Assembly (NCBI GenBank): GCA_050084985.1
Contig: JBITNC010000001.1
Coordinates: 19,034,001-19,098,000 of the forward strand
Direction: 5' to 3'
DNA length: 64,000 nucleotides
Source: Nageia nagi
Lineage: Eukaryota > Plantae > Pinophyta
The first letter of the stretch is position 1; every line of letters begins with the position of its first letter. The notes below the pieces were generated by a model. It had not been told where the DNA came from. It saw nothing but the letters and a program-made list of their open reading frames with translations, and searched no databases. This document shows positions 26,707 to 38,980 of the stretch, in pieces. The position numbers were made by a program, and so were the translations under genes.

Positions 26707-29700
26707 TATAGAGTTTCACAAAGTTACCAAACCTTAATTATACTCAAAATCTCAAATTCTAAGCTTACTATTTTATCTTTCATGTCTACTCTGAGAATTG
26801 TTTTCCTATAGATTGGCTATGTAACCGACCAATCAATTAGTCCTTCAATAAATCAACCTACTAGTTGGTATTAAATACTATATTTTATTGAAATTTGTTA
26901 TCTCTTCATTTCTTTCCCTCATTTTTCTTAGATTAGAATATGAAGTGAATAGTATAGGTTTCCCATGGCCTATAGAATGTATTTAGATCTTATTTAAACA
27001 TTTTGGTGTTGTTGGAGTGTGTTATCAATAATCAAATGCAAGTTTATGGTATTGTGTGAACTATGAACATCCATTGATGAATGAATCCTACCTTTGAGTT
27101 ACAGAACCATTTTGAGCTTTGAATTACTTATGTAAATAAATTTATTATTTGTATTAAATAAATTCATTTGGTATCAGAGCTTTGTTGGATCATATTGGAT
27201 TTAAGAATTTATCCAAGAAGAGAAGATAAGGCATGGCAAGCAACTCAAAAGTAATCCCCATTCTAGATTTTGATGAGAGTGACTATGAGTACTGGAGCAT
27301 TCAAATGAAGATTATCCTAAAGGGAAGAGGCTATTGGGATATTATATAGGTTGGATACAATGATCTAACTAATTGGAGTGCCTTAAGTACATATGTAAAG
27401 AAGGATGCAAAGGAGAAAGAGAAGTAGAAATCCATGGCTCTCTCCTTAATCCAAGAAGCTATGGACAAGAGCATTTTTCCCAAAATTTCTACTTGTATAT
27501 TAGCCCAATAAGCATGGGAAACATTGAGAGAAGGCTAACAAGGGAGCCTTAAGGTGAAAGAGGTGAAACTATAAACATTGAGAAGAGAGTTTGAGAAATT
27601 GAAGTAGAAAGAGAAGGATACTGTTGGAGATTATTATGTAAGAGTGAAAGCCATAGTTATTATAATGGCCACTATTGGGGAGAAGATAAAGGAGGTTTTC
27701 ATCAATAAGGTTTTAAGAACCTTAATTTAGAGGTATGATCATCCTAAACTTATTATTGAAGAAACAAATGATTTCTCAACCATGGAAATTGACCATTTAG
27801 TTGGCTCTCTTACATCACATGAAGAGAGAGTTTTGAAGAGAATAAAAATAGTAAAAAGCATTAGTGATGGGAAATCATTCTCCATCAAAGAGAATGAAGG
27901 ACAAGGTAGATGTTCAACAGGAAGAGTCAGATCCAAAAGAGGTGGAAGGAGAGGCTCATTTGGAATAGGAAGATAATAGAGTGCATAAAATGAATTACCA
28001 TATGCATCAAGGAGGAGACACTCTGGAAGAGGAGGTAGAGGTAAAGATAAGAGGAATTTGCAATATTTTTATTACAATAAATTTATCCATCTTGAGTATA
28101 AATGCAAGATGAAATAAGCACATGAAGGTAAATCATCCCACTATGGAGAAGAAGAGCATGGATATGGTGAAGAATAGTTATTTCTTCCAATTGCAGTCCC
28201 TCAAAAGCTTGAAGATGAAACTTGGATCTTGGATAGCAGGTGCACAAATCACATGATCTATGAACAATCTTTACTCAACTCTATTTATTACTCCTCTAGT
28301 TCAAGTGTGAGGTTGGGATATGAGAAGAGCTTGAAGATTATTGGAAAATAAGATATGCAAGTTCCAAAAAATAAGGGAACTATGAAGGTGAAAGACATTT
28401 ATTATGCTCCATATCTAAAATAAATTTTATCAAGTATTAACCAAATACTAGAAAAGAACTATAAAATGGTGTTTGAGGATAAGATATGTAAAATTTGTGA
28501 TAAAAACCATGTTGAAAGGCTTGTTACTACTATTCATGTGATTGTAAATAAACTCTTTCTAGTAAAATTTCTTAAAAAGGATGGAGGCTTTTTATTTGTG
28601 GAAATTGAAGATAAAAATGCACTTTAGCATATGAGGCTTGGACACTTGAATTTTCATAGTTTAAAAACTCTTCCATCAATGGCAAGAGAGTTTCCACAAG
28701 TAGAAGATTGTAAAGATATGTGTGAAGGATGTGCACTTTGAAAATAAGAAAGGAGAAAATTTCCAAAGGAAGAAGCATGGAGAGCCAAACACCCTCTCTA
28801 ATTGGTCCATAAAAAGATTTGTGGGCCTATAAAAACTCAAATTTTTGGTAAATCTTCTTACTTTAGCACTTTAATTGATGATTTCACTAAAATGTGTTGG
28901 GCTTATTTCATCAAGAGAAAGGATGAAGCATTTGAATGTTTTAAGGAGTTTTAAACTTTTGTTGAAAAGAAAAGTGGGTGTAATGTGAAGTGTTTGAGAA
29001 GTGATAAAGGATTATAATATTGTAAGAATGAATTTTTTTAGTTTTGTAAAGAGAATGGCATTAAAAGATACCTTAACTCTTCCTACACCCATAACAAAAT
29101 GGTGTAGTAGAAAGAAAAAATAATAAATTGGTTGAGATGGCTATAAGTGTGATGCAAAGTAAGAAATTGTACAATATTTATTGGGTTGAAGTAGTAAGAA
29201 TAATTATGTACCTTTTGAATAGGTCTCCTACAATAATCTTGGATAAAATTACCCCTATGAAGCTAGGTTTGAAAGAAAAGCAAATTTGCAACACTTGAGA
29301 CTATTTGGTTTCCTTGCATATGTACATGTAAATGATGAAAATAGGAGGAAGTTGGATGCAAAATTTGAATCTTATTATTTTATGGGATATTATGAGCATT
29401 CAAAGGCTTATAAATTCTATAATTCTAAGACACAATATAATTATGTCTTGAGATGCCATTTTTTATGAAGGGGGAGAGTATTGTAATAAAAAACTTATAG
29501 TAAAAAGTGGTTGTAGATGAGATTTTGAAGGAGATAACATCATAAATAGTGCATCCCAACCATGCTATGACTTAGAAAAATAAATAACAACCATCAAGTA
29601 TGAGTGTTCCAAGCTCACTAAGACCCTCTAGCTCCACCACAACACTAACAAGTATGAGTGCACCAAGCTCACCCAATGCAAGGATGAAGAATTAAGGTAA

Positions 29701-31874
29701 TAAAGGTAAGATATGGTTGAAGGATCACCCATAAATTAAAATCATAAATGGTAATAGTATGAGGATAATTATAAGGATCCAAAACCAAGAAGTGCAAAAT
29801 CTACTCACAAGGCTAGAGAACATTCAGTTTTATGGAGATGAAGATAGTGGAGAGACCAAAGAAGAAATGGCAACTATTATTGATATATATTGTTATAAGA
29901 AGCTTGTTCTAATGTTGTTTGGATCCAAGCTATGAAAAAGGAGAATTATGCTATTAAGAGAAATGATACTTAGGAACTTTGTGAGTTACCCAAAGGTAAA
30001 AAGGTTATTGGTTCCAAGTGGTGTGTAAAACAAAATGTAAGAGTGATGGGAGAATTGAAAAGTACAAAGAAAGGCTAGTGGTAAAAGGATTCACATAGTA
30101 TTATGGTGTGGATTTTGAGGATAAATTTGCACCTATTGAAATACAATAAATAATAAGATTATTTCTCTCTTTGGTTGCAAGCAAAAGTTTGATAATACAA
30201 CACATGGATGTAAAGAGTGCCTTTCTCAATGGGTACATGTATGAAGAGGTGTATGTAGCACAATCTCAAGGATTTTATATTAAAGGAAGATAATACCATG
30301 TGTACAAAATCAAGAAGGAATTATATGTGCTAAAGCAAGCTATAAGAGCTTGGTACATAAGAATTGATAGATACTTCAAAAGTGTGGGCTTTAAAAGAAG
30401 TGTAAGTGATCCTACCTTATATTTTAAGAAAGATGGATTTGATATTTTGATTATTTATTTGTATGTAGATGATTTGATATTCATGGGAAGTAATAGCAAT
30501 ATGAATGATGATTTCAAAACTCAAATGATGGTTGAGTTTGAAATGAAGATCTTGGTCTGATGAGCTACTTCCTTGGCTTAGAGGTCAATCAAACAAAGAA
30601 GAGATACTTGTGTCACAATCCAAATATACACATGATATGCTAAATAAGTTCAAAATGGAGAATTGCACACCTATTTCAACACCTATAGCACATGGGTAAC
30701 ATATTTTCAAAGAATATAGAGCACCAAAAGTGAATAAGAAAGAGAATAGGAGCACTACTAGAAGCCTCATATTTTTAACAAACCAAATGCCAAATTTACA
30801 ATTCAATGTTTCATTAGTTGCAAGATACATGAGTGATCCATAAACTATCCATGTCAAGGAAATGAAAAGAATCCTTAGATATATTAAGGGAATAATCAAT
30901 TTTGGAATAAATTATACATGTTATTCCAAGTTCAAACTCATAGGTATTAGTGATAGTTATTAGGGAAATGATTTGGATGATAGAAAGAGAATAAGTGGGA
31001 ATTGATTCTCTCTTCAATTAGGTTTGATATCATGGACCTCAAGAAAATAATCCATTATATCTCTTTCAAGTACTAAGGCTAACTATGTAATTGTGACAAG
31101 TGATTCAACACAAGCTTTATGGTTGAGGAAGGTTTGAAGGATATTGGAGAGGAAAAAAAATATGAAATTACCATTTTTTATTACAACCAAGGTGCCATTA
31201 AGATAGCATAAAACCCTTTCCATCATTCTAGAAAAGAGGATTTAATTTTTAAGACTAATTTCATCCAATATTTTATGGACAAGGTTATAGTAAAATTAAA
31301 GTATTGTCCAACACAAGATCAAGTGGCTAATATAGTCACTAGATTTATGGCAAAATCTCAATTTGTATTACTAATAGACTTAATTGTTAGTCCTCTTATC
31401 AAAAAGGGGAGTATATAGAGTTTCATGAAGTTACCAAACCTTAATTTTACTCAAAACCTCAAATTGTAAGCTTAATATTTTATCTTTCATATCCACTTTG
31501 AGAATTGGTATCCTGTAGATCAGTTGTGTAATCAACCAACTAGTTAGTCCTTCATTCAATTGGCATGTTGGTTGGCACTGAATACTACATTTTATTAAAA
31601 TTTGTTGTCTCTTCATTTCTTTTACTCATTTTTTGCTTAGAGTAGAATATGAAGTGAATAGTCTAGTTCTCCCATGACTTGTAGAATGTATTTAGATCTT
31701 ATTTCAAGGTTTTGGTGTTGTTGGAGTGTGATATCAATATCAAATGTAATTTTATGGGGTTTTGTAAACTATAAGAATCCATTGATGAATGGATTCTATC
31801 TTTGAGTTATAGAACCATTTTGAGCTTTGAATAACTTGTGTAATTTATTTTATTATTTGTATTAAATAACTTCA
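26707..31874 (+). mobile_element. Full-length, decayed Ty1/copia LTR retrotransposon
   Basis: LTRs at 26707-27166 and 31414-31874. Perfect Met-PBS TGGTATCAGAGC at 27169-27180. PPT AAAAAGGGGAG at 31401-31411. TSD GAGAT/GATAT. Confidence 0.95.
27233..31390 (+). pseudogene. Copia gag-pol (gag, protease, integrase, RT, RNase H) with many stops and frameshifts
   Basis: MASNSKVIPILDFDESDYEYWSIQMK; WILDSRCTNHM; LVHKKICGP; HLRLFGFLAYVHV; [11 protein letters not shown]; LYVDDLIF; YCPTQDQVANIVTR. Confidence 0.95.
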
Positions 31875-33644
31875 GATATTATCCACTCTAGCATAAAAAA
31901 AGTAGGCCAACTTAGACTTTGAACATTTCTTGTTTTGAATTCCCTAGTCTTAATCTTGATAATGTATGCAATGCAAGCATTGAGGTACTAAACCACATAG
32001 ACCTTGATGTAGAATACTTAGGTATTGAGAGCAATCCTACTCCATTTGATAGTTTTCAATAATATGAGGTAATTTAGAGATACTCTATGCAATAGCCTAC
32101 CCAACCATCTCAACATATGGTTCAAACTCTAGCAGTTCTAACATAAAATGCATCCAATGCAAAAAATGAGATGAAAAAATTATTCTTAATCATCTTATTA
32201 GTGATAATTTTCTCCAAAATATTTAAGGAATGTTACTCAATGACATTTAAATATTGAAGGATGAAATCAAAAGTAGATATGATAACTAAATTCCTAGCAT
32301 ATATCATTGTACTCAAAAATTGAAAATTAATTAATGAAGATTCATATTAAGGCTCTTTTCAATCAAATCAAGTCAGGTCTGATTTCTATTTCCAATTAGT
32401 ATAATTATTGTGTTCTTGATGTATGTCTAGATATACTTGAGAATATGAATAGTGAAGCACATTCCTATTTTGACAAATGGACAAATGTAGAGAAGGAGAA
32501 AGCATAGATACCTTTTTAGTTATAACTTTGTTCAAAAAATATAATTTTTTATAATTTTATAATACAATTTAAAAAAATAAATAAATTTTATTTTGTTGTA
32601 AGCAAAATATGAAAAATTGAATAATAATGTCCAAGTCCTTAACCTCCATTTGAAAAAAGCAAAGAAAATTATTTTAGTGCAATTGAGCTTAAATAAGATA
32701 TGGTAAAATTGAATCAAATGAACAACATGTTGAAGCTCATTATTAAAGAACATAGAATAAATATTGATATATTTTGGAATGAAAAAGTTGTAGCATAATT
32801 AGTATTTGTCTCACTAGGTGATGTTGCAAGGGAAGAGAGGGAGACTTATGCAAATCTTAACTTTATCATAGAAGACCTAGTCAATTTAGGGATTTTAGGT
32901 GATAGTATCAATTTAGACTAGAATTTCATTAGGTATAGTTACACTCTTTTTTATCATGTTGGATAATATTTTCATATTTATTTTATGTGGAACAATGTCT
33001 TCAATGGTGAATTAAGTGAATTGATGTGATGTTTGAGTTAATATTTGACAATATTTTGAGTCAATTGATGTGATGTTGAGTTTGAGTGAATTGATGTTTA
33101 ATATCTAGAAGTTATGGATAATATTATTAATAATATTTGTTTAGAAAAATGAATTTATATTTTGATAATATTATTTTTTATTGTAAATTTTGGATAATGT
33201 TATGTTATTTCAAATGTATTGAGCATTTTACATATTTTGTTAGCAAAGTGCAATTAGATGGTTGTAGTATGCAACTATTTACTTATGTAATCCTAGGTTA
33301 AATGGATTTGAAAATATATTTATATAATAAAATTATAAGACTGCAATATCTTTCATGTATAAAAAATATGTTCAAAAATATAAAATATAAAATTTTTCCA
33401 ATCACATTATCACATAATTTCATATATTCAATAATAAAATTTTAAAATACTACCAATCACATTATCACATACCATAAGATATTAAAGAATATAACTATTA
33501 AAAGAACTACCATTTGGGGTATCACATACCATAAAATTACAAATATTATACTTGAATGTGACAAGTTACATTCTATTAAAAATAATTGTAATGAAACATA
33601 GGCATAGGCTAAAATCTAGATAATTGAAATAGTTGCTTGGAACT

Positions 33645-36600
33645 CTAATCATCAGTTATATTGATCATGTTTGGCTCTTCTGTAATAGTACATATATTTA
33701 CATTTGTACCATTAGTTATGGATTTTGTACCTTTTAAACCTCTCCATTCTACTAAATATCTCCATCTAGCCATAGCCTTGTCCATTGGAAAATTATCCAT
33801 AGAATAATATAAAACATTCAGTTGTAAACAAGCATCCAAATTCTTTTCTAATATATTACAAATTTTTTATTTAATAAAGGATTTTGCATTGAATACTCTT
33901 TCATCTTCCACAAATCTAAGAATCATTATCTAAAATAATTCATACAATAAAAAAATACTCATTTTATCTTGTAGCATATTGCTTGGATAAAGTTTGTTTC
34001 ATAGATGAGTAATAGCACCCGCCTCTAATGATTCTGTTAAGTATGCATATTTATCAACCATTGTAATTCTAAAATTATTTGATTATTTCATTAATAAATC
34101 CTTTTATATGATTCCATACATATTGACACTATTTACATTAATAGATTTACTAAAATGTGAGGTCAAAGTTTTCATATACTTGTGAAATAATGAAGTTATA
34201 TATTTTTTGATAAATGATAGGATTCCAAATCGAGGATTGATAATACCCATGGCCTCAAGAAAATCATCTTGTAGGAAATAATCTTGAACCTTTTATGATA
34301 ATTTATTTGAAACCTTTATCAATTTTATTTTTTTCATGATATAAAATAATCAAAGTGAGTTTTACCTACTTTAATCTATTTATATTTTACTCTAACTAAA
34401 TCCAATCTTTTATCATAGACATACAAAGGTATATCTCTATCTTTAACATGGATGCAAATATGATCATGTATATCAAATTTCAAATAGTTTTTAGGATTTT
34501 AAATATCTATCAATATTCACCATTTCTCAAAGTGTGGTTTTCCTATATTTATCCTTTGACACATATAACATATCTAGAGATTGAAAAACTCTTTTTCTCA
34601 TATATATAAAATCAACTATGTATATTGACCTTTGTTAAGCATGTTTCACCAAGTTGTATATATCCTCCAACATTGGAATTAATACACTTAAATTCAATAA
34701 AGTTTATAAATCTATCAAATTTTCTAATATATATTTTGGTTTATCAACTTTTCTTCTATGTTGAAACATAAATTTTATCAAATATTGACACTCATCTAAA
34801 ACTTTGCATGCAAGGTCATACAATGAGACCCATTTTTATTAACATCTTTAATATGCTTTTTTCCATCTATTATTTTAGATACAAAATTTTGAAACTCTTT
34901 ATATCATTTCAAGCTACTAGTTATGTAAACATGCAACTCTCGAATAGGACATATTCCACATTTCTACGTGATCCTCAATACTTAAAATTTTATGTGCACA
35001 ATTGATTTTATTTTTCATGCAATGTATAGGGATAATATATGGAGAAATTATTTATTGTAATCATAAATAAAGATTATTTTGGTTACCTTTAATTACTGAG
35101 GCACCATCACCACCAACACATAAGTTTTTATGTAATTGATGAATCATCCATTTCAAAAATGTTCTTCAAAATTGAAATAACTAACTTATACAAGTTTTAT
35201 ACAACTTTAAGTGGAATTTACATCATTCAAAGGGTTTTCAAGTGAAATGTAACAAAAGTATGCATGTATCATAATAGAAGTGTAATCACAAAGTAATAGA
35301 AGCACGTGCAAATTATTTTAGAAGAGTGACAGGTTATTATTAAGAAAATTATAGCTTAGCAAAGCTACAATATTTCTAAAATGCAATTGAATGATATTCA
35401 AAATGCGATGAATAAATCAAATTATGACCTGATCCAAATCCCCCCAAGGAATGGAATAGCATTTTGATGTAGAAAAAACCATTCATAGATGAGGTGATTG
35501 GGATGGTATTGGAGCCTGAGTATATTGATTCCAAAAAGTATTACAGAGAAGGAAGAGGATGGGCTAAAAGCAGCCCTTGTTGATCTTTTTTTTTTGGTAT
35601 GACCCCCTCTAGATATGATTTGAAGTTGGATGAAAGTAACATGGAGCACAAAAGGGTGGGTATCCCTAGTTGCTCTTCTAAGAGAATTTCTATTATTCAA
35701 ATTCTAGCTTGATGAAGACCTACAAAAAGTGATAGAGATGGTTCTATGGTTCCTTGGAAAGAAAGGATTAGTCATAAAGAGATGGGAGAAAATATTCTCC
35801 TCTGAAAGTGAAAATTTCAACTCATTCCAACATGGATCTCTCTACCCAAAATTCATCCATTCGGTTGGCATCCATGTGTAATAGTTGTAATTATGAAAGC
35901 AATTAGATCCCTTATCATAATTGAGCAATCAACAAGATTGAAACTTAAGCTTATAGATGCAAGATTCATGGTTAATTTAGATATTTTCAAACCTCTGATG
36001 AAGGAGACAAAATTAAAAATAGAATATTAGAGAGAATGGATGCAATTATTTGGATATGAAAATCTACCATTACAATGTGGAATTTGTAAGAGTTATGAGC
36101 ATTATGTAAAGGATTTCCAAGAAAAGAAGAGGAGGGATAAAGAAAAGAGAAAAAAAGAAAAAAATGAAAAGGAGTCTCAAGATAAATAGAAATAAAAAGG
36201 GTGAAAATTAATAAAGAAATAAAAAATAGGAAAAAATCAAAATAATATCATCAAAATGCAGACAAAACAAACCATATCATAAAAATAATCAACTTCAAAA
36301 TAAGTTCAACAAAAGAAATCAACCATAGCAAACTTGTATGCAATGTTAGCAATTTTAGGAGTAGAAAGACAAGAAATGAATTATAATATAGATTTTTCAA
36401 AAGAAGAGACCAAAAATATGGAATTTGTGGAAGAGGAAGATGAAGAAAGATTAAGGAGGGTGACAAAAAAGAGAGGAATGCAAGTATTCAAGCAACAACA
36501 ACACAACAACAAGAAGACCAAGATGGAATCCCATCAAGAAATATATTGAACTCTAGAAAAATAGCAAATGTTGGATAAAGACATGTAGGGATATCATCCC

Positions 36601-38300
36601 AAAGAGATAATAGAGAAAAACTCACCAAACTAGATATAGTGAATGAAAAGCAATCAACTCTACATCAAATTAACAAATCTCAATCCACATTTGGGTTGAA
36701 TAAAAGATTTTTTAATTAGAATATTCTAGTAGTAAAGAGGTAGTTGGGTTGTATCTCAGTTGTGATTCATATCTATTTTGAATTCATTTTGATGATTTTA
36801 TATTAATACAATTTGAAAAGTAGGTTTCATTGGGGCTACTCATAGGTTATAGTTGGGTAGCATTTGAACTTATTTTGTTAATAGTTTTTTGCAAATTATA
36901 TTAGCTACCACTAGGTATAGTTGGGTAGTGGTTTCCTATTTTGAAAATAATTTTGTGACCAATTTTTTTATGGTTCAAACAAAAACCATCACCAATTTTT
37001 GATAATATAATTTACTCTCATTATAAAAAAAAAAAAACTTATACAAGTTTCATGCATTGCAATTATTTTTCATTTTATCAAAGATAATAAATGTGATTGT
37101 ATACTATGATTCTCAAAAGTCTATACATGCATACAAAATCATGATGTGTTATCCATTGAAGTAACTTAATCAATAGAGAGTGAAATAAAATATGCTTTTT
37201 GAACTTTTTTTAAAGCTTCTTTTTCAACTTTTGCAAGATAAGTTACAATTTCCCATGCACTAGTCTTAGAGCAATGTGATAGTGGAATGTTATTTACACC
37301 AATGTATTGATATAAATTCATATAACCTATAAAGTATGTTATCAATATTCCATTCTTCAATATGTGTAGTATAGTATAGAACTTGGTAGAAATATACATT
37401 TTTTTCTATCAATTGAGAATCCATTACCTTCACAAGTTGTGTAGATATAGTCCCACCTTTTTGATTGAGTTCTTCTTTTTCTTTGAGAAACTTATCATGT
37501 TTTTCTTTATACTTATTATGATTACACTCTTTATCTATTTTTTATCTCATTAACTCCACTTCTTTCCATCCTTTTCTTTTCCTATATAATAAATTTTTCC
37601 ATATTGTTTGTCTATGGTATCCAATTTTAATTGTATTCAATGTTCTCTACCAAGTTTCTAAGTACATATCATGCACTTACAATCAGTTGGTTTGCTACCA
37701 TATTCTTTGGTAATTAGTTAAATAAAAGGATATTTTACCACACAATCAAACTAAAAATTCCTTCCTAGTGTCCATCTACTTCTGTTCTTATGTTTTGTTT
37801 CTTGAGAGGATAGTTCAATTTTGACTATCTTTTCAGAATTTTTTGGAATACCATATACTGAATTTTGAGAACTATTGACATTTAGAATGATATTTCATTT
37901 ATGATATTTTTTATTTCTTTAGAATATATTTTGATTATCTTAATATCATTTTGAGGAATATATTCTACTGGTGGCATTTCCTCATCAAATTCATCTTCTT
38001 TATATGCCACATTAATACTTTCCAATGATAGAATACTATCATCAAGTCAATATTTTAAAAATAGAAAGAAAAAATATTTTATTTATATTTCTTGAATAAA
38101 ATATAAATATAATATGGATTATGAAATAAATATAATTTTATATTAAATGACAAACTTGTAAGATTAAATACTTGACAATGTTTAAGAAATAACTAACTAG
38201 AAAATTATAATACTTTGTACTTGGAATTGTATTTTCTGATGAGGGTTGAGAAACATTTTATTTTGGTTGGTCAAAATATGATAATATTCCCTTATTTTAT
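33645..38300 (-). pseudogene. hAT transposase pseudogene (ZNF862-like), split by the ORF1-only L1 insertion
   Basis: Minus strand: N-terminal KYPFI..CKCMIC zinc-finger-like region; AWEIVTYLAKVEK..FISLSID*VTSMDN (first catalytic D); LCVGGDGASVIKG (second D); IHCMKNKINCA (CxxH region); DVN/xWVSLY (TRW region); hATC dimerisation segment FVEDERVFNAKSFIK*KICNILEKNLDACLQL..FPMDKAMARW. Confidence 0.85.
35198..37035 (+). mobile_element. ORF1-only L1-clade (HAL1-like) retroelement, copy 2, with both ends present
   Basis: Perfect 15-bp TSD AACTTATACAAGTTT at 35183-35197 and 37036-37050. Poly(A) at 37025-37035. ORF1 remnant with WFLGKKGLVIKRW and YENLPLQCGICKSYEHYVKDF (~35410-36700). No ORF2. Confidence 0.9.
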
Positions 38301-38728
38301 TTTCTATTATCATATTTCTTATTAGATTTATTTGACTCTATTATACCTATTGAAAATAATTCATTTTGCTTTTTTATTTATTTATAAAATTGATAATATT
38401 ACAAAATTGAAAAACATCAATGGTTTGTATGATTCAACTATTTGGGTACATGATAAAACCATTTGGTTTTGCTATGTAATTATTTAGTTGAGAAACATTT
38501 TATTTTGGTTGGTCAAAATATGATAATATTCCCTTATTTTATTTTCTATTATCATATTTCTTCTTAGATTTCTTTAACTCCATTATACCTATTGAAAATA
38601 ATTCATTTTGCTTTTTTATTTATTTATAAAATTTATAATATTACAAAATTGAAAAACATCAATCGGTTGCATGATTCAACAATTTGGGTACATGATACAA
38701 CCATTTGGTTTCATAATGTACTTATTTA
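38245..38728. repeat. 242-bp tandem duplication at the 5' end of the hAT transposase gene
   Basis: Near-identical blocks starting gttgagaaacattttattttgg at 38245 and 38487. Confidence 0.9.
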
Positions 38729-38980
38729 GTTATATGATACAATCATTCAGTTGCATGATGTAATTGAATGGTTTCATGATGCAATCATTTGATTTATGAT
38801 GCAACTATTTGGTTGATCATGCAATCATTTAGTTGATGATGCAACTAAATGATTGCATGATGTAACCATTTGATTCCATCATATAACTAAATAGTTGCAT
38901 GATCGATTGTATTGTGCAACCAAATGATTGCATCATATAACCAAATGGTTGCATTATGCAATAAAATAATTGCACAATAT
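38660..38980. repeat. Array 3 of the 21-bp palindromic motif, upstream of the transposase (a duplicated portion also lies at ~38420-38486)
   Basis: About 15 units; ACATGATACAACCATTTG at 38690-38707; TTGCATGATGTAACCA at 38853-38868. Confidence 0.85.

Larger units (their letters stand above)
20529..32920 (+). pseudogene. Spliced Plant Mobile Domain (PMD, PF10536)-like accessory gene, interrupted by two LTR retrotransposons
   Basis: The exon at ~21241-21610 translates LTDYIVKLGLCILIYISQFDIEISILYLLLSRYDQ*KGVFTIKVSSNTLVYEIYPTNIKCLIGIPNNKGG, matching the PMD N-terminal pattern (GxxxLxxxxxxxIDxxLLxALLERWxxxxxxFxL...ITxEDVxxLLGLPxxG). Further GT..AG-bounded exon-like blocks at ~21800-21970, 22141-22300, 26600-26706 and 31880-32920. 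Possible first exon at 20529-20562. Confidence 0.6.

Noticed and set aside
20529-32920. Functional host MAIN/MAIL-like gene
   Set aside because: It has in-frame stops, frameshifts, a copia insertion in an exon-like block and TE-type CpG decay. Treated as a transposon-borne pseudogene.
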